Origin: a bacterium
GTDB taxonomy: Bacteria; SZUA-182; DTGQ01
Reading direction: 5' to 3'
DNA: 27,218 nt
Assembly (NCBI GenBank): GCA_040752695.1
Contig: JBFMGO010000084.1
Location: forward strand, 1-27,218
Shown: positions 7,535 through 16,850 of the stretch, piece after piece
Layout of the letters: each line of letters opens with the position of its first letter
Numbering within the stretch: the first letter of the stretch is position 1
Translations under genes and position numbers: made by a program
Notes under the pieces: generated by a model
The model's input: the letters and a program-made list of their open reading frames with translations, nothing else
The model's database searches: none
What the model was told of the DNA's origin: nothing

Positions 7535-9637
7535 ATGAGCGAAAAAAAATTCCATTCGCCGGTCTTGACGCTGGTGGTGACCGGGCTTCTCCTAGGCCAT
7601 ATCACAGCAGGGTATCTGATTGCATCCAAAAGCGTGTGTTTTGCTGGACCCTCACTCTATGTCTCTCCTCAATCCAAACCACCCTGGGGAGATGAAGATA
7701 GCTGGGGATCAAGGCCCGTTATCGTGGGAGACCGCTTATACCTTTATACCCTTACCCCGGCGGGAAAGTGCCGACTGTGGCGAGGTGGTCCGAAAAAGGA
7801 GGATGACCCGAATCTGGTCTGGAGCGAGATTAACCTGACAGATTTAAACAGTCCTGATATTACGGCTCTCGGCTCGCATAAAGAACATTTATATGTGGCT
7901 ACCAGGGAAGGAGACAGCCCTCGTTTGAGGTTGAGAGAAGACCCCAATCAAGGGGAATGGATACAGGTCAACCCTTCTGAGATGAATTCAGGCACGATAA
8001 CCTCGATCTCTTCATTCAATGACTACCTCTACCTGGGAGTGACGGTAAAGGGGACCGAAGACACAGCGGACTCAGTCCGGCTATGGCGATCCAAGGAAGC
8101 TAAATCGACCAAAAAGGTTGCTTCTACTGATTGGAAGCAGATCGGCCAGAGTCACGCAGGTCTTATCACCACCAGCAACTTTCAGGAGTTTGAAGACAAG
8201 CTGTATCTTGGGGTTAAAAACACTCAAGATAAAGCTGAAGTCTGGATGCTGGACAAAAGCGACAGTGACCGCACTATCTTTTCACCCTGGTCTGAAGGAG
8301 CGCTGAGCATTGCGGATATGGCTGCCTCGGACCATACCCTCTCTGCGATTATGCTGGATAATGACGACAACGGCAGTGCCGGCGGCAGTGGCAGTGACAA
8401 TAAAAGCACCTGCCGGATATGGTCTATGGCCTGGAATGAGGCGAACTTCAGCGAGGCGCCTTCCTCCTGGGAAAAAACCATCGACCCTAATCAATCCGCA
8501 TCCCTTTCGATGGAGAGCCTGGGCTCTTACCTTTTTCTTGGCTTTAACAATACTGACAAGAAAATGGAGATATGTCAGGCATATCATGATCCGAACCAGG
8601 TGAATCAAGAGAACAAAAAGGATCAGGAAGATACGAAAGAAAAGCGGCTTGAGCCGATTACCGTCAATGACATGAGTAAACCCCAGGAGCAGACTGCCCT
8701 GGATGCGTCCTCAAACCATTTTCGCTGGCTCTATGCTGATCACAATCAGGGGTACCTCTATCTGGGCACCGAAGACCCCAACCAGGGGATCACCCTGTGG
8801 AGATCAAACAAACTTCCCATTATCACGATCATCTACGATCCTTCTAAAATCGATGCTAAGAATCCTGAAACCGGGAAAGCTTACCCGTATACCTTCCTGG
8901 GCACTTTCAATTCGAAAGTGCAGGAGAACATGTCGGTTGAGTGGAAGTCTACCAAAAAGGGCTCTTATACGGTTGACCTGATACAGTTGAAAGATCCGAA
9001 TGATGCGATCAGTCAGGATCCCGACTTTTCAATCCCCAGCCAGCAAGTCGATAAGGAAGCAAAGGAGATCCGTACCATCCTTCCTGTCCAAAAGCAGGGG
9101 ACCTATGTTGTTGAAATTGCCTGGCATCCAGACCCAAACTCTTCGGTTGAAAATAAGGAGCGGTATCCTGTACTGTTTTCCCTTATTAATGATACCGCCC
9201 CTCCGGAGACAGCACCTTCAGTGATCAGTGTAACCTCGGGAAACGAAAAGTTATTGGTGAAATGGAGTGAAGCCCACGACAAACTCTCAGGCGTGAAACT
9301 GTATCGGGTTCAATGGGCACAAGTGCCGCCGGAGGTCGATGCCGGTTCGGACCCCAACACTATTGAATTTCCCGGCGAGAACATCCATGAGCAGTCAAAA
9401 GATGAAAACTGTAAATATACCATTGACAATCTTATCAACGGTCAGAGATACGTAGTATTGGTTTCCGCAATAGATGCTGCGAATAACGCCACTTCCCGGT
9501 CGGCTATAACGGGCAAAAGCTTTGGAACTCCGGTCAAGGGTCTGGGTCTGACCGACCTTGTGGATGAGAGCGGCGGATGCTTTTTGGAAACCGTACGGAA
9601 AGATCAGATCATATTTCGAAGGAGAGAGAAGAGGTAA
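7535..9637 (+). CDS. Secreted protein: probable beta-propeller N-terminus, fibronectin type III domain, C-terminal GGCF motif (MXAN_2561-like position)
   Basis: N-terminal hydrophobic signal; repeated LYLG..N/T..LWRS blades; DTAPP..SGNEKLLVKW..Y.V.W..IDNLINGQRYVVLVSAIDAANN (FN3); ends ESGGCFLETVR. Confidence 0.75.
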   Translation: MSEKKFHSPVLTLVVTGLLLGHITAGYLIASKSVCFAGPSLYVSPQSKPPWGDEDSWGSRPVIVGDRLYLYTLTPAGKCRLWRGGPKKEDDPNLVWSEINLTDLNSPDITALGSHKEHLYVATREGDSPRLRLREDPNQGEWIQVNPSEMNSGTITSISSFNDYLYLGVTVKGTEDTADSVRLWRSKEAKSTKKVASTDWKQIGQSHAGLITTSNFQEFEDKLYLGVKNTQDKAEVWMLDKSDSDRTIFSPWSEGALSIADMAASDHTLSAIMLDNDDNGSAGGSGSDNKSTCRIWSMAWNEANFSEAPSSWEKTIDPNQSASLSMESLGSYLFLGFNNTDKKMEICQAYHDPNQVNQENKKDQEDTKEKRLEPITVNDMSKPQEQTALDASSNHFRWLYADHNQGYLYLGTEDPNQGITLWRSNKLPIITIIYDPSKIDAKNPETGKAYPYTFLGTFNSKVQENMSVEWKSTKKGSYTVDLIQLKDPNDAISQDPDFSIPSQQVDKEAKEIRTILPVQKQGTYVVEIAWHPDPNSSVENKERYPVLFSLINDTAPPETAPSVISVTSGNEKLLVKWSEAHDKLSGVKLYRVQWAQVPPEVDAGSDPNTIEFPGENIHEQSKDENCKYTIDNLINGQRYVVLVSAIDAANNATSRSAITGKSFGTPVKGLGLTDLVDESGGCFLETVRKDQIIFRRREKR

Positions 9638-10344
9638 AAGAGAGCATGACCATGAGATCGAGATTTTCTTTATTGGTACTGTGGTGCTTTGTATGGGTGT
9701 TTATTTCTACTCTTTTGTTTTCTCCCGGGCATAAAGTCATGGCCGAAAGCCTGCAGGGAAGTTATTCCGCTTCTCTGTGGGGAGGATATTACCTGCCGAA
9801 GAATTCCACCTTCCAGGAGGTTTACTCCGATGACGGGGAATTCGCCGGATTTTTAGAATTTTCCAAAACCTGGAGCAGCCAGATCGTGGTAACCCTTGGC
9901 GGGGGCTGGATCCATTTCAGTGGACGTCAGGTCAATCCTAACGCATCCCAGATCGATACCGACAATGAAAAGTACAGTGCTGATAGTGCCAAGATGACTC
10001 TGGTTCCCGGATATTTACAATTCTCATACCTCTTTCGCTATTCACAGGAGCAGAAATTAGTTCCGTATCTGGGCGCCGGTCTGGATGCCTGGGGATTCCA
10101 GGAGAAAATGAAAGACGGCGATACCGTCACGGGTGCCAAGTACGGCTACCATGGCCTGGTCGGGGTCCGGTTACTCCTGGATTGGCTCGATCCCGATGCA
10201 GCTCAAAGTTCGCTTCAGGAGTATGGCATTGATAATACTTACTTGATTCTTGAGGCACGCTGGCTGCGGATTGACGATTTTGGTGGAATTGGACTGGACT
10301 TAAGCGGTCCACTCTACCGCGTAGGATTGCTGTGGGAATTTTAA
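9577..10344 (+). CDS. Outer-membrane beta-barrel protein, MXAN_2562-like family (true start probably the ATG at 9646 or 9652)
   Basis: Signal peptide, LVPYLGAG, GAKYGYHG..G..LLLDWLDP.AA....EYGIDNTYL, GLDLS, terminal beta-signal VGLLWEF. Confidence 0.8.
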   Translation: MLFGNRTERSDHISKEREEVKESMTMRSRFSLLVLWCFVWVFISTLLFSPGHKVMAESLQGSYSASLWGGYYLPKNSTFQEVYSDDGEFAGFLEFSKTWSSQIVVTLGGGWIHFSGRQVNPNASQIDTDNEKYSADSAKMTLVPGYLQFSYLFRYSQEQKLVPYLGAGLDAWGFQEKMKDGDTVTGAKYGYHGLVGVRLLLDWLDPDAAQSSLQEYGIDNTYLILEARWLRIDDFGGIGLDLSGPLYRVGLLWEF

Positions 10345-10501
10345 TTTTATTTGCTTCGCTCGTATTGGTATAGCCAATAGCCATGGCCATAGCTAAGGCC
10401 CGCTTATAACGTAACTCAAGCCTAACCTGGCTGCTGGCTAGAGCCTGGCTTTGCTGGCTAACCTGCTAGCTAAACCGGAGCGCTGCACTAAGGAGAAATA
10501 T

Positions 10502-11164
10502 ATGCCAATATCCTGTCCCAAATGTGGTGTTCTTAGCCCCAGCGGGGCTGAAACGTGTGGCGAGTGTGGATGGACCCTCGATTCCAGCCCTCTCTTTTCC
10601 CCAGAGAAGGTAACCAAACCATCCACCTCCACTTCCCAGTCATCAACGGCGCATAAGAATAGTTCCGAGACTGCCGGTAAAGAAAACAAGGGAGTGCACA
10701 GAGAGGAGAGCAAAAACCTGTCTGGCGCTTCTATCTTATCAAAAAAGGAAAAGAAAAAGGCACCTGTCTTCGTTCAAATTTTATCTGGGATACTATGGGT
10801 TTTGAGTGCCGCTATGATCGCCTTTTCCATCTTTCTCGTAAAGCCGGGTAAATCGCTTACCCTCCCGGTTTCCTTTCTTCCAATTCCATTGCTTTCACCC
10901 GATCTTCCCCACCGTTCCCGGATATTTCTTGCTCTTTTGGTTCTTGCTTCCGGAATTTACACCTTGATTACCGCCTATGGGATTTCCAATCTAAAAAAGT
11001 GGGCTATCAAGGTTTACACAACATGGGTAATGATTCAAGTAGTTTTGGAGATTCTGGCCCGAATGTATCATCTGCAATACGGGGTAAATTTTTCAATCGT
11101 TGTTTTAGTTGAGTTGATTTTCATCCTCCTCCTGTGGAGGGTTAATAACCAGTTCCTCTACTAA
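10502..11164 (+). CDS. Zinc-ribbon-containing membrane protein (about 4 TM helices)
   Basis: AAGGAG RBS before ATG 10502; CPKCG...CGECG, S/T-rich linker, then hydrophobic helices. Confidence 0.8.
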   Translation: MPISCPKCGVLSPSGAETCGECGWTLDSSPLFSPEKVTKPSTSTSQSSTAHKNSSETAGKENKGVHREESKNLSGASILSKKEKKKAPVFVQILSGILWVLSAAMIAFSIFLVKPGKSLTLPVSFLPIPLLSPDLPHRSRIFLALLVLASGIYTLITAYGISNLKKWAIKVYTTWVMIQVVLEILARMYHLQYGVNFSIVVLVELIFILLLWRVNNQFLY

Positions 11165-11180
11165 AACCGGTTTTTCACCT

Positions 11181-12086
11181 GTGTGCATACTGCACATAAG
11201 CGAGAATATCACTCCAGGAGACAGATTATTGGCCGAGCAAAAATTGGAAAATAAAGACAAACAATGGTGGGATGCCCTTTATGACTGGGAAAAGAAATGG
11301 AAGGAGAGAAGGCAAGAGGAACGAAGAGATGAAGCCCTGCTGCTGAAGGAAGCCGAAGAAGAATATGAGCGTTTTTCCAGACCAATGAAGGTTTTGGATC
11401 CACCCAAAAAGGCAAAACTGATCCTGGCTACGCAGAGCCGCGAACCAGGATGGTCGAAGATGCGCCTTCGCAGTATGAAGGATTTCCAGGAGGGGCCGCC
11501 TTTTCTTATAAAACGCATTGACTATTATGGCCATCAAGATAAAGATGCGGATTGCCATCTTACCATTCGCATCACTCCCTTGTCGGAATTTCAGGATATG
11601 GGATTACCGGTTAAAAGAGTACAGGGATGGCAGGATAAAAGATTGCAGGATAAAAAAGGGAATGCCTCGATGCATCTTGCCTTCAGTCTTAGAAAGGCCC
11701 TGGAATTTCAAACAAATGAGAAGATCGACTCAATTCTGGAAGAGGCAGGTGCTGGAGAATTTTCAATAAAAGCACTCGATGGGGCCACCTTTATCCCCCT
11801 ATGCCGGGTTTTTTGCTCCCCCAGCCAAATAAGACTTCCTGACCCGCCCGGCCAGGGTCTCGACAATCCTGACATGACTGAAGATCCAGCCAGGTCTGCC
11901 AGGCATGACCATCACGAACTGCCTGTCCGCCCCGGCTGCCAGCCTTGTGCAGAAGATCAGATTATCATTGAGGTGCAGACATCTTCTTTCCCCTATTTTC
12001 ATAATTACTTTTTTTCGATACAGGAGATCGTGCAAAATTATCTTGTCTGGCTGCATTCTGCATCTCATTCTTCCCCTCAAGAATAA
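11181..12086 (+). CDS. Hypothetical protein
   Basis: 301-aa ORF co-oriented with neighbours; charged helical N-terminus; no family recognised; start uncertain. Confidence 0.6.
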   Translation: MCILHISENITPGDRLLAEQKLENKDKQWWDALYDWEKKWKERRQEERRDEALLLKEAEEEYERFSRPMKVLDPPKKAKLILATQSREPGWSKMRLRSMKDFQEGPPFLIKRIDYYGHQDKDADCHLTIRITPLSEFQDMGLPVKRVQGWQDKRLQDKKGNASMHLAFSLRKALEFQTNEKIDSILEEAGAGEFSIKALDGATFIPLCRVFCSPSQIRLPDPPGQGLDNPDMTEDPARSARHDHHELPVRPGCQPCAEDQIIIEVQTSSFPYFHNYFFSIQEIVQNYLVWLHSASHSSPQE

Positions 12087-12132
12087 AGCATCCCACCCTT
12101 TACCTGAAAGCAAGATCTTGCTGGAAAAAATT

Positions 12133-12161
12133 TTGAAGAAAAATGTACAGTTTGATATAAT
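12133..12161 (+). promoter_or_regulatory. sigma70 promoter of hisS
   Basis: TTGAAG-17 bp-TATAAT with extended -10 TG. Confidence 0.65.
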
Positions 12162-12234
12162 TTATGTTTCAATAGGATACAGGAACATGAATAACGTGAA
12201 TGGATGATAGTATTGAAAGAGGAGAGAAAAATCC

Positions 12235-13503
12235 ATGATCAAGGCGATTCGGGGAGTTAAGGATATACTCCCTTCAGAAATTGAAATCTGGCACCACCTG
12301 GAAGAAACCAGCCAAAAAGTACTCCGTAACTATGGATTTTTGGAGATTCGGATTCCAATCTTTGAGGATACCGCTCTTTTTATTCGGAGTATCGGAGAAG
12401 AGACGGATATCGTCTCCAAGGAAATGTACTCCTTTCCTGACCGTAAAGGACACAGTCTGACCCTGCGGCCTGAAGGAACTGCATCTGTCGTGCGGGCCTT
12501 CGTGGAACACAAGCTGTATGCTCAAGGCCCTTACCAGAAACTCTACTACCAGGGACCAATGTTCCGCTACGAGCGGCCGCAGGCCGGACGGTCCCGTCAG
12601 TTCCACCAGATCGGTGCCGAGGTTTTTGGTCTGACTGAGCCGGGCATGGATGCCGAGATGCTTGTACTGCTCCATGACCTGTTTGCAAAACTTGGGCTTA
12701 GCGATGCCACTCTTTTCCTCAACTCGGTTGGGTGCCGGGAGAATTGCCGCCCTACGTACAAAAGAGTGTTGCAGGATTTTTTGCGGAAAGATCTGGATGA
12801 TTTATGCCCTGACTGTCAAAAACGCTACGAGAAAAACCCCTTGCGCATTATGGACTGCAAAAATGAAGCCTGTCAGGCCAAACTAAATAAAGCACCGGTC
12901 ATCCTGGAGCATCTGTGCCCTGACTGTCAAAGACACCACCAAGAGGTAGAACGCCTGCTCAAACTGGCTGGCATCCCCTACCAGATTAATTACCGGCTGG
13001 TCCGGGGGCTTGATTACTACACTCGAACCGCCTTCGAAGTGACTGCCAGCGGGCTGGGTGCACAAAACGCCATTGCAGGCGGAGGCAGGTACGATCATCT
13101 GGTGGAGGATTTCGGAGGTCCACCGACACCTGCTATCGGCTTTGCTCTCGGGATGGAACGGGTAGTCCTGGCACTACAAGGACAGGGGATTGCCCCACAG
13201 CCACACCCTCTGATCTATGTGGCCGCTCTGGGGCAGGCCGCCCGGGAAGAGGCTTTCCTGATGGCACGAACCTTGCGGCAAAGTCATCATCTGCGGGTAG
13301 TCATGAATTATGAGGACCGCTCACTGAAGGCTTTGCTCAAGCAGGCCAGTCAAATGGGTGCCCGGTTTACTCTCATTATAGGAGAAAACGAGCTGGCCAG
13401 CCGCCAACTGGTACTGCGGGATATGGTGCAATCCCTGCAAGAGGAAGTCGCTATGGATGATATTGCCGCGGCGGTACAGGCAAAAACAAGCTGTTTGGTT
13501 TGA
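12235..13503 (+). CDS. hisS: Histidine--tRNA ligase
   Basis: IVSKEMY, LRPEGTA, FRYERPQAGR.RQFHQ, LVRGLDYY, GGGRYD. Confidence 0.99.
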   Translation: MIKAIRGVKDILPSEIEIWHHLEETSQKVLRNYGFLEIRIPIFEDTALFIRSIGEETDIVSKEMYSFPDRKGHSLTLRPEGTASVVRAFVEHKLYAQGPYQKLYYQGPMFRYERPQAGRSRQFHQIGAEVFGLTEPGMDAEMLVLLHDLFAKLGLSDATLFLNSVGCRENCRPTYKRVLQDFLRKDLDDLCPDCQKRYEKNPLRIMDCKNEACQAKLNKAPVILEHLCPDCQRHHQEVERLLKLAGIPYQINYRLVRGLDYYTRTAFEVTASGLGAQNAIAGGGRYDHLVEDFGGPPTPAIGFALGMERVVLALQGQGIAPQPHPLIYVAALGQAAREEAFLMARTLRQSHHLRVVMNYEDRSLKALLKQASQMGARFTLIIGENELASRQLVLRDMVQSLQEEVAMDDIAAAVQAKTSCLV

Positions 13504-14797
13504 TTACCACATTGTTGACGAACCTATAAGTATAATAATTATGGGATATAAGTCAGGTATAATAATCAGGTATAATAATAGAGGAGTTGAAAGGAAAGCA
13601 TCATTGTATGTACCCAGTAACAAAAATGCCCCTTCGAGAATCTCCCTTGACGATGAGAGGTGATTAACTGATGGAAATTAAAGAAATTAAAAGGATTATT
13701 AGGGAGGAATTGCCCAGGATAATGCAGACCGATGAGGAAATCGCACGGTTTATTCTGCGCCTTACCTCTCAATATTATGCAGGGAAACCTGAAACTGAAG
13801 ATCGGTTTGATCGTATGCTCAAAGAGCTCCAACGGGATAGGGAAGAGCAGACCCGTAAGTGGGATGAACAAAACAAAAAATGGAAAGAAGAGAAAGAGGA
13901 GCAGAACCGCAAGTGGGATGAACAAAACAAAAAGTGGTGGGAGAATCAAAAACATATTGATAAACAATATGAAGAGATCAAGTCTTTAAACCGGAAACAT
14001 GATCAGACAATTGGAGCCCTCGGTGCCCGTTGGGGCCTTTATATCGAGGAATCATTTAGAAATGCCCTGGCGGGTATACTCAAAGATTCTTTTTCGGTCC
14101 AGGTAACACATATTACTGAATTTGACGACAAAGGAGAAGTGTTTGGTAGACCGGATCAGGTAGAAGTAGATCTGATTATTAAAAACGGGCTCTTGATTAT
14201 CAGTGAGATTAAATCCTCTATGAGCAAATCAGATATGTATACCTTTGAGAGGAAGGCCAGATTCTATGAAAGATCTCATGAATGTAAGGCTAACCGGCTC
14301 ATAGTTATTTCCCCGATGGTAGATGATAAAGCAAAAAATGTTGCTTCACAGTTAGGAATTGAAGTATATTCCCATGCTGAAGATGTGAAAAATATATGAT
14401 GCTTTTAATGCTTATCCAGTGAAAATTAATTGCCGTCAGCCGGGTATTTTGGATTATCGACCAATAGTGACTATCTCGCGCATACCGGTACCTGGCGGAT
14501 TCATGAAAACCGGTATCGCTGATCCTCGGATGATACAGAAAAATGATAGAGAAAAATAATCGTTTGACTTCCTGGAAGATTCGGATATGATTAAAAGAAA
14601 TGCCGGTATCTATCTCCAAAGCTTTGCTCAAGCCGTCTTAAGCGAGTATTATGCAAGAGGCAAGGACGGGATAATAAGAGCTGTTCCGAAGGACTGCACT
14701 TACCATAAAGACCGTATCGTATATTAATTTTCTACATCTCATTGTTAATTATTAGGATACTGTTTGGCATAAGGCCACTTATTGAGCCTATAAGAAG
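13491..14797 (+). repeat. Degenerate ~40-bp direct repeat pair bracketing the hisS-aspS insert (13491-13530 and 14760-14794)
   Basis: CTGTTTGGtttgattaCCACaTTgTTGAcgaaCCTATAAG versus CTGTTTGGcataaggCCACTTaTTGAgCCTATAAG. Confidence 0.6.
13671..14399 (+). CDS. Coiled-coil plus PD-(D/E)xK nuclease-fold protein (DUF3782-like)
   Basis: IGALGARWG..E.SFR, G.VFGRPDQVEVD.II, EIKSSMSKSD, F.RK..FYE, LIVISPMVD; 54-bp internal duplication (EEQ.RKWDEQNKKW) at 13842 and 13896. Confidence 0.85.
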   Translation: MEIKEIKRIIREELPRIMQTDEEIARFILRLTSQYYAGKPETEDRFDRMLKELQRDREEQTRKWDEQNKKWKEEKEEQNRKWDEQNKKWWENQKHIDKQYEEIKSLNRKHDQTIGALGARWGLYIEESFRNALAGILKDSFSVQVTHITEFDDKGEVFGRPDQVEVDLIIKNGLLIISEIKSSMSKSDMYTFERKARFYERSHECKANRLIVISPMVDDKAKNVASQLGIEVYSHAEDVKNI

Positions 14798-14888
14798 TAT
14801 GCACTTCATGATTCGACCAATGAAACAGCAAAAACGATTAAAATCTCGATAGCAGCATTATGGCTATCCTTTTTGGAGGGTTAAGAAG

Positions 14889-16676
14889 GTGGATTATTTA
14901 GATGGATGGAAACGGACAGGGAGTTGCAACACTCTCAACAAATCCCACGTAGGCCAAAAGGCTACCCTGATGGGCTGGGTACAGCGGCGAAGGGACCATG
15001 GGGGCGTTATCTTTATCGATTTACGGGACAGGGAAGGGATCACTCAGGTTGTGTTCAACCCGGAGCACGCACCGGAAAGCCACTTGAAAGCCCATGATGT
15101 CAGAAACGAATATGTAATTGCAGTTAAAGGGAAAGTATCCCCGCGGCCCGAAGGGATGGCCAATCCGAATCTGGCCACCGGGGAAATTGAATTGATGGTG
15201 GAAGAGGTCAAGATTCTCAATCAAGCCAAGAATCCTCCCTTCCAGATCGAGGATGGGATTGACACGGCAGAAGATATACGGCTGCGCTACCGGTATCTTG
15301 ACCTTCGGCGGCCATCGCTGCAAAAAATCATGATGATGCGCCACCGGATCTGCCAAAGGGTCCGGCAGTATCTCGATCGGCAGGGTTTTCTGGAAATCGA
15401 AACTCCGGTGTTAACCAAGAGCACCCCGGAGGGGGCGCGTGATTATCTGGTCCCAAGCAGGGTCAATCCTCACTGCTTTTATGCCCTGCCCCAATCTCCT
15501 CAGCTTTTTAAGCAGATACTGATGGTTTCCGGCTATGATCGATATTTTCAGATCGTACGCTGCTTCAGGGATGAGGATTTGCGGGCGGACCGCCAGCCGG
15601 AGTTTACGCAGATCGACCTTGAAATGTCTTTTGTAGAGAGGGAAGATGTCATGCAGCTCGTAGAAGGAATGGTCCGCGAGATCTTCCGGGAAGAAAAGCA
15701 GCTCAGTTTCAATGCTCCCTTTCCACGGATGACCTATCAGGAAGCTATGAGCCGTTTTGGCGTAGACCGGCCTGACACCCGGTTCGGGCTTGAATTGGTG
15801 GACATCGGCGATCTGGTCCAAAATTCACAGTTCAAAGTCTTTGCCGACGTTGTTCAAAAAGGAGGGCAGGTCAAGGGCATCAATTGCAAGGGAAGCTTGG
15901 GGTGTGGAAAACTCTCCCGCAGTGAAATCGATGATCTGACCAGGGTAGTCAGTATCTACGGGGCCAAGGGGCTGGCCTGGATTAAGATCAATCCGGACGG
16001 GATTCAATCGCCCCTCAAAAAATTTCTCTCTGAAGAGGAAGTATCCAATATTCAAAAGCGCATGCAGGCCGAGGTCGGCGATATCCTCTTCTTTGTGGCT
16101 GATGCTCCATCGGTTGTGGCTGCAAGCCTTGGGGCTTTGCGTCTCACTCTGGGTCAAAAACTGGATCTGATCGATCCCGATAGATATGATTTTTTGTGGG
16201 TTACTGACTTTCCCCTGCTGGAATACGATAGTGCGGAAGGCCGCTACGCGGCCATACACCACCCCTTCACTGCACCGCTGGAAGAGGATCTGCCTATGCT
16301 GGACACCGACCCTTTGAAAGTTCGCGCTCAGGCATATGATATTGTCTTAAACGGCCAGGAAATTGGCGGGGGAAGCATCAGGATTCACACAACGGAATTG
16401 CAGGGCAGGCTTTTCGGCAAACTTGGTATCAGTGAGGAACAGGCCAGGCTGAGATTTGGTTTTCTCTTAGAGGCATTGGAATATGGAGCCCCGCCACATG
16501 GAGGATTGGCACTGGGACTGGATCGGCTGATCATGATTCTGGCAGGCACCACCTCCATCCGGGACGTTATCGCCTTCCCGAAAACTCAAAAAGCTACCTG
16601 CATGATGACCGATGCGCCAAGCGAGGCCATGCCTGAGCAGTTGAAAGAGCTTCGAATCAAACTTGACCATTCATAA
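14889..16676 (+). CDS. aspS: Aspartate--tRNA ligase, probably non-discriminating (Asp/Asn)
   Basis: [58 protein letters not shown]; His and Gly at ND-type anticodon-domain positions. Confidence 0.98.
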   Translation: MDYLDGWKRTGSCNTLNKSHVGQKATLMGWVQRRRDHGGVIFIDLRDREGITQVVFNPEHAPESHLKAHDVRNEYVIAVKGKVSPRPEGMANPNLATGEIELMVEEVKILNQAKNPPFQIEDGIDTAEDIRLRYRYLDLRRPSLQKIMMMRHRICQRVRQYLDRQGFLEIETPVLTKSTPEGARDYLVPSRVNPHCFYALPQSPQLFKQILMVSGYDRYFQIVRCFRDEDLRADRQPEFTQIDLEMSFVEREDVMQLVEGMVREIFREEKQLSFNAPFPRMTYQEAMSRFGVDRPDTRFGLELVDIGDLVQNSQFKVFADVVQKGGQVKGINCKGSLGCGKLSRSEIDDLTRVVSIYGAKGLAWIKINPDGIQSPLKKFLSEEEVSNIQKRMQAEVGDILFFVADAPSVVAASLGALRLTLGQKLDLIDPDRYDFLWVTDFPLLEYDSAEGRYAAIHHPFTAPLEEDLPMLDTDPLKVRAQAYDIVLNGQEIGGGSIRIHTTELQGRLFGKLGISEEQARLRFGFLLEALEYGAPPHGGLALGLDRLIMILAGTTSIRDVIAFPKTQKATCMMTDAPSEAMPEQLKELRIKLDHS

Positions 16677-16696
16677 GGACTGGTCATTCTGGAAAT

Positions 16697-16722
16697 GGGA
16701 GGGGGACAAAAGACACCCTCCC
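16697..16722. terminator. Possible terminator hairpin between convergent genes
   Basis: GGGAGGG...CCCTCCC 7-bp stem, 20 bp after the aspS stop; U-tract weak. Confidence 0.3.
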
Positions 16723-16744
16723 TGCTCTTCAGGCACTCCTTGTT

Positions 16745-16814
16745 TTCATTATTGCTCAAGAGCAGGTCTTCATTATTACTCAATACCAGTTATACAATTA
16801 CTCAAGAGCAGTTA
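16745..16814. repeat. Three degenerate 22-24 bp tandem units
   Basis: TTCATTATTGCTCAAGAGCAGGTC / TTCATTATTACTCAATACCAGTTA / TACAATTACTCAAGAGCAGTTA. Confidence 0.75.
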
Positions 16815-16850
16815 ATGGTACTGCTCGTATTGCCCTGAGGATCGTTATTA

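Noticed and set aside
10451..10501. N-terminal extension of the zinc-ribbon protein
   Set aside because: Lies in a low-complexity tract; the RBS supports ATG 10502.
13566..13967. Hydrophobic 133-aa minus-strand ORF
   Set aside because: Antisense shadow of the purine-rich coiled-coil gene.
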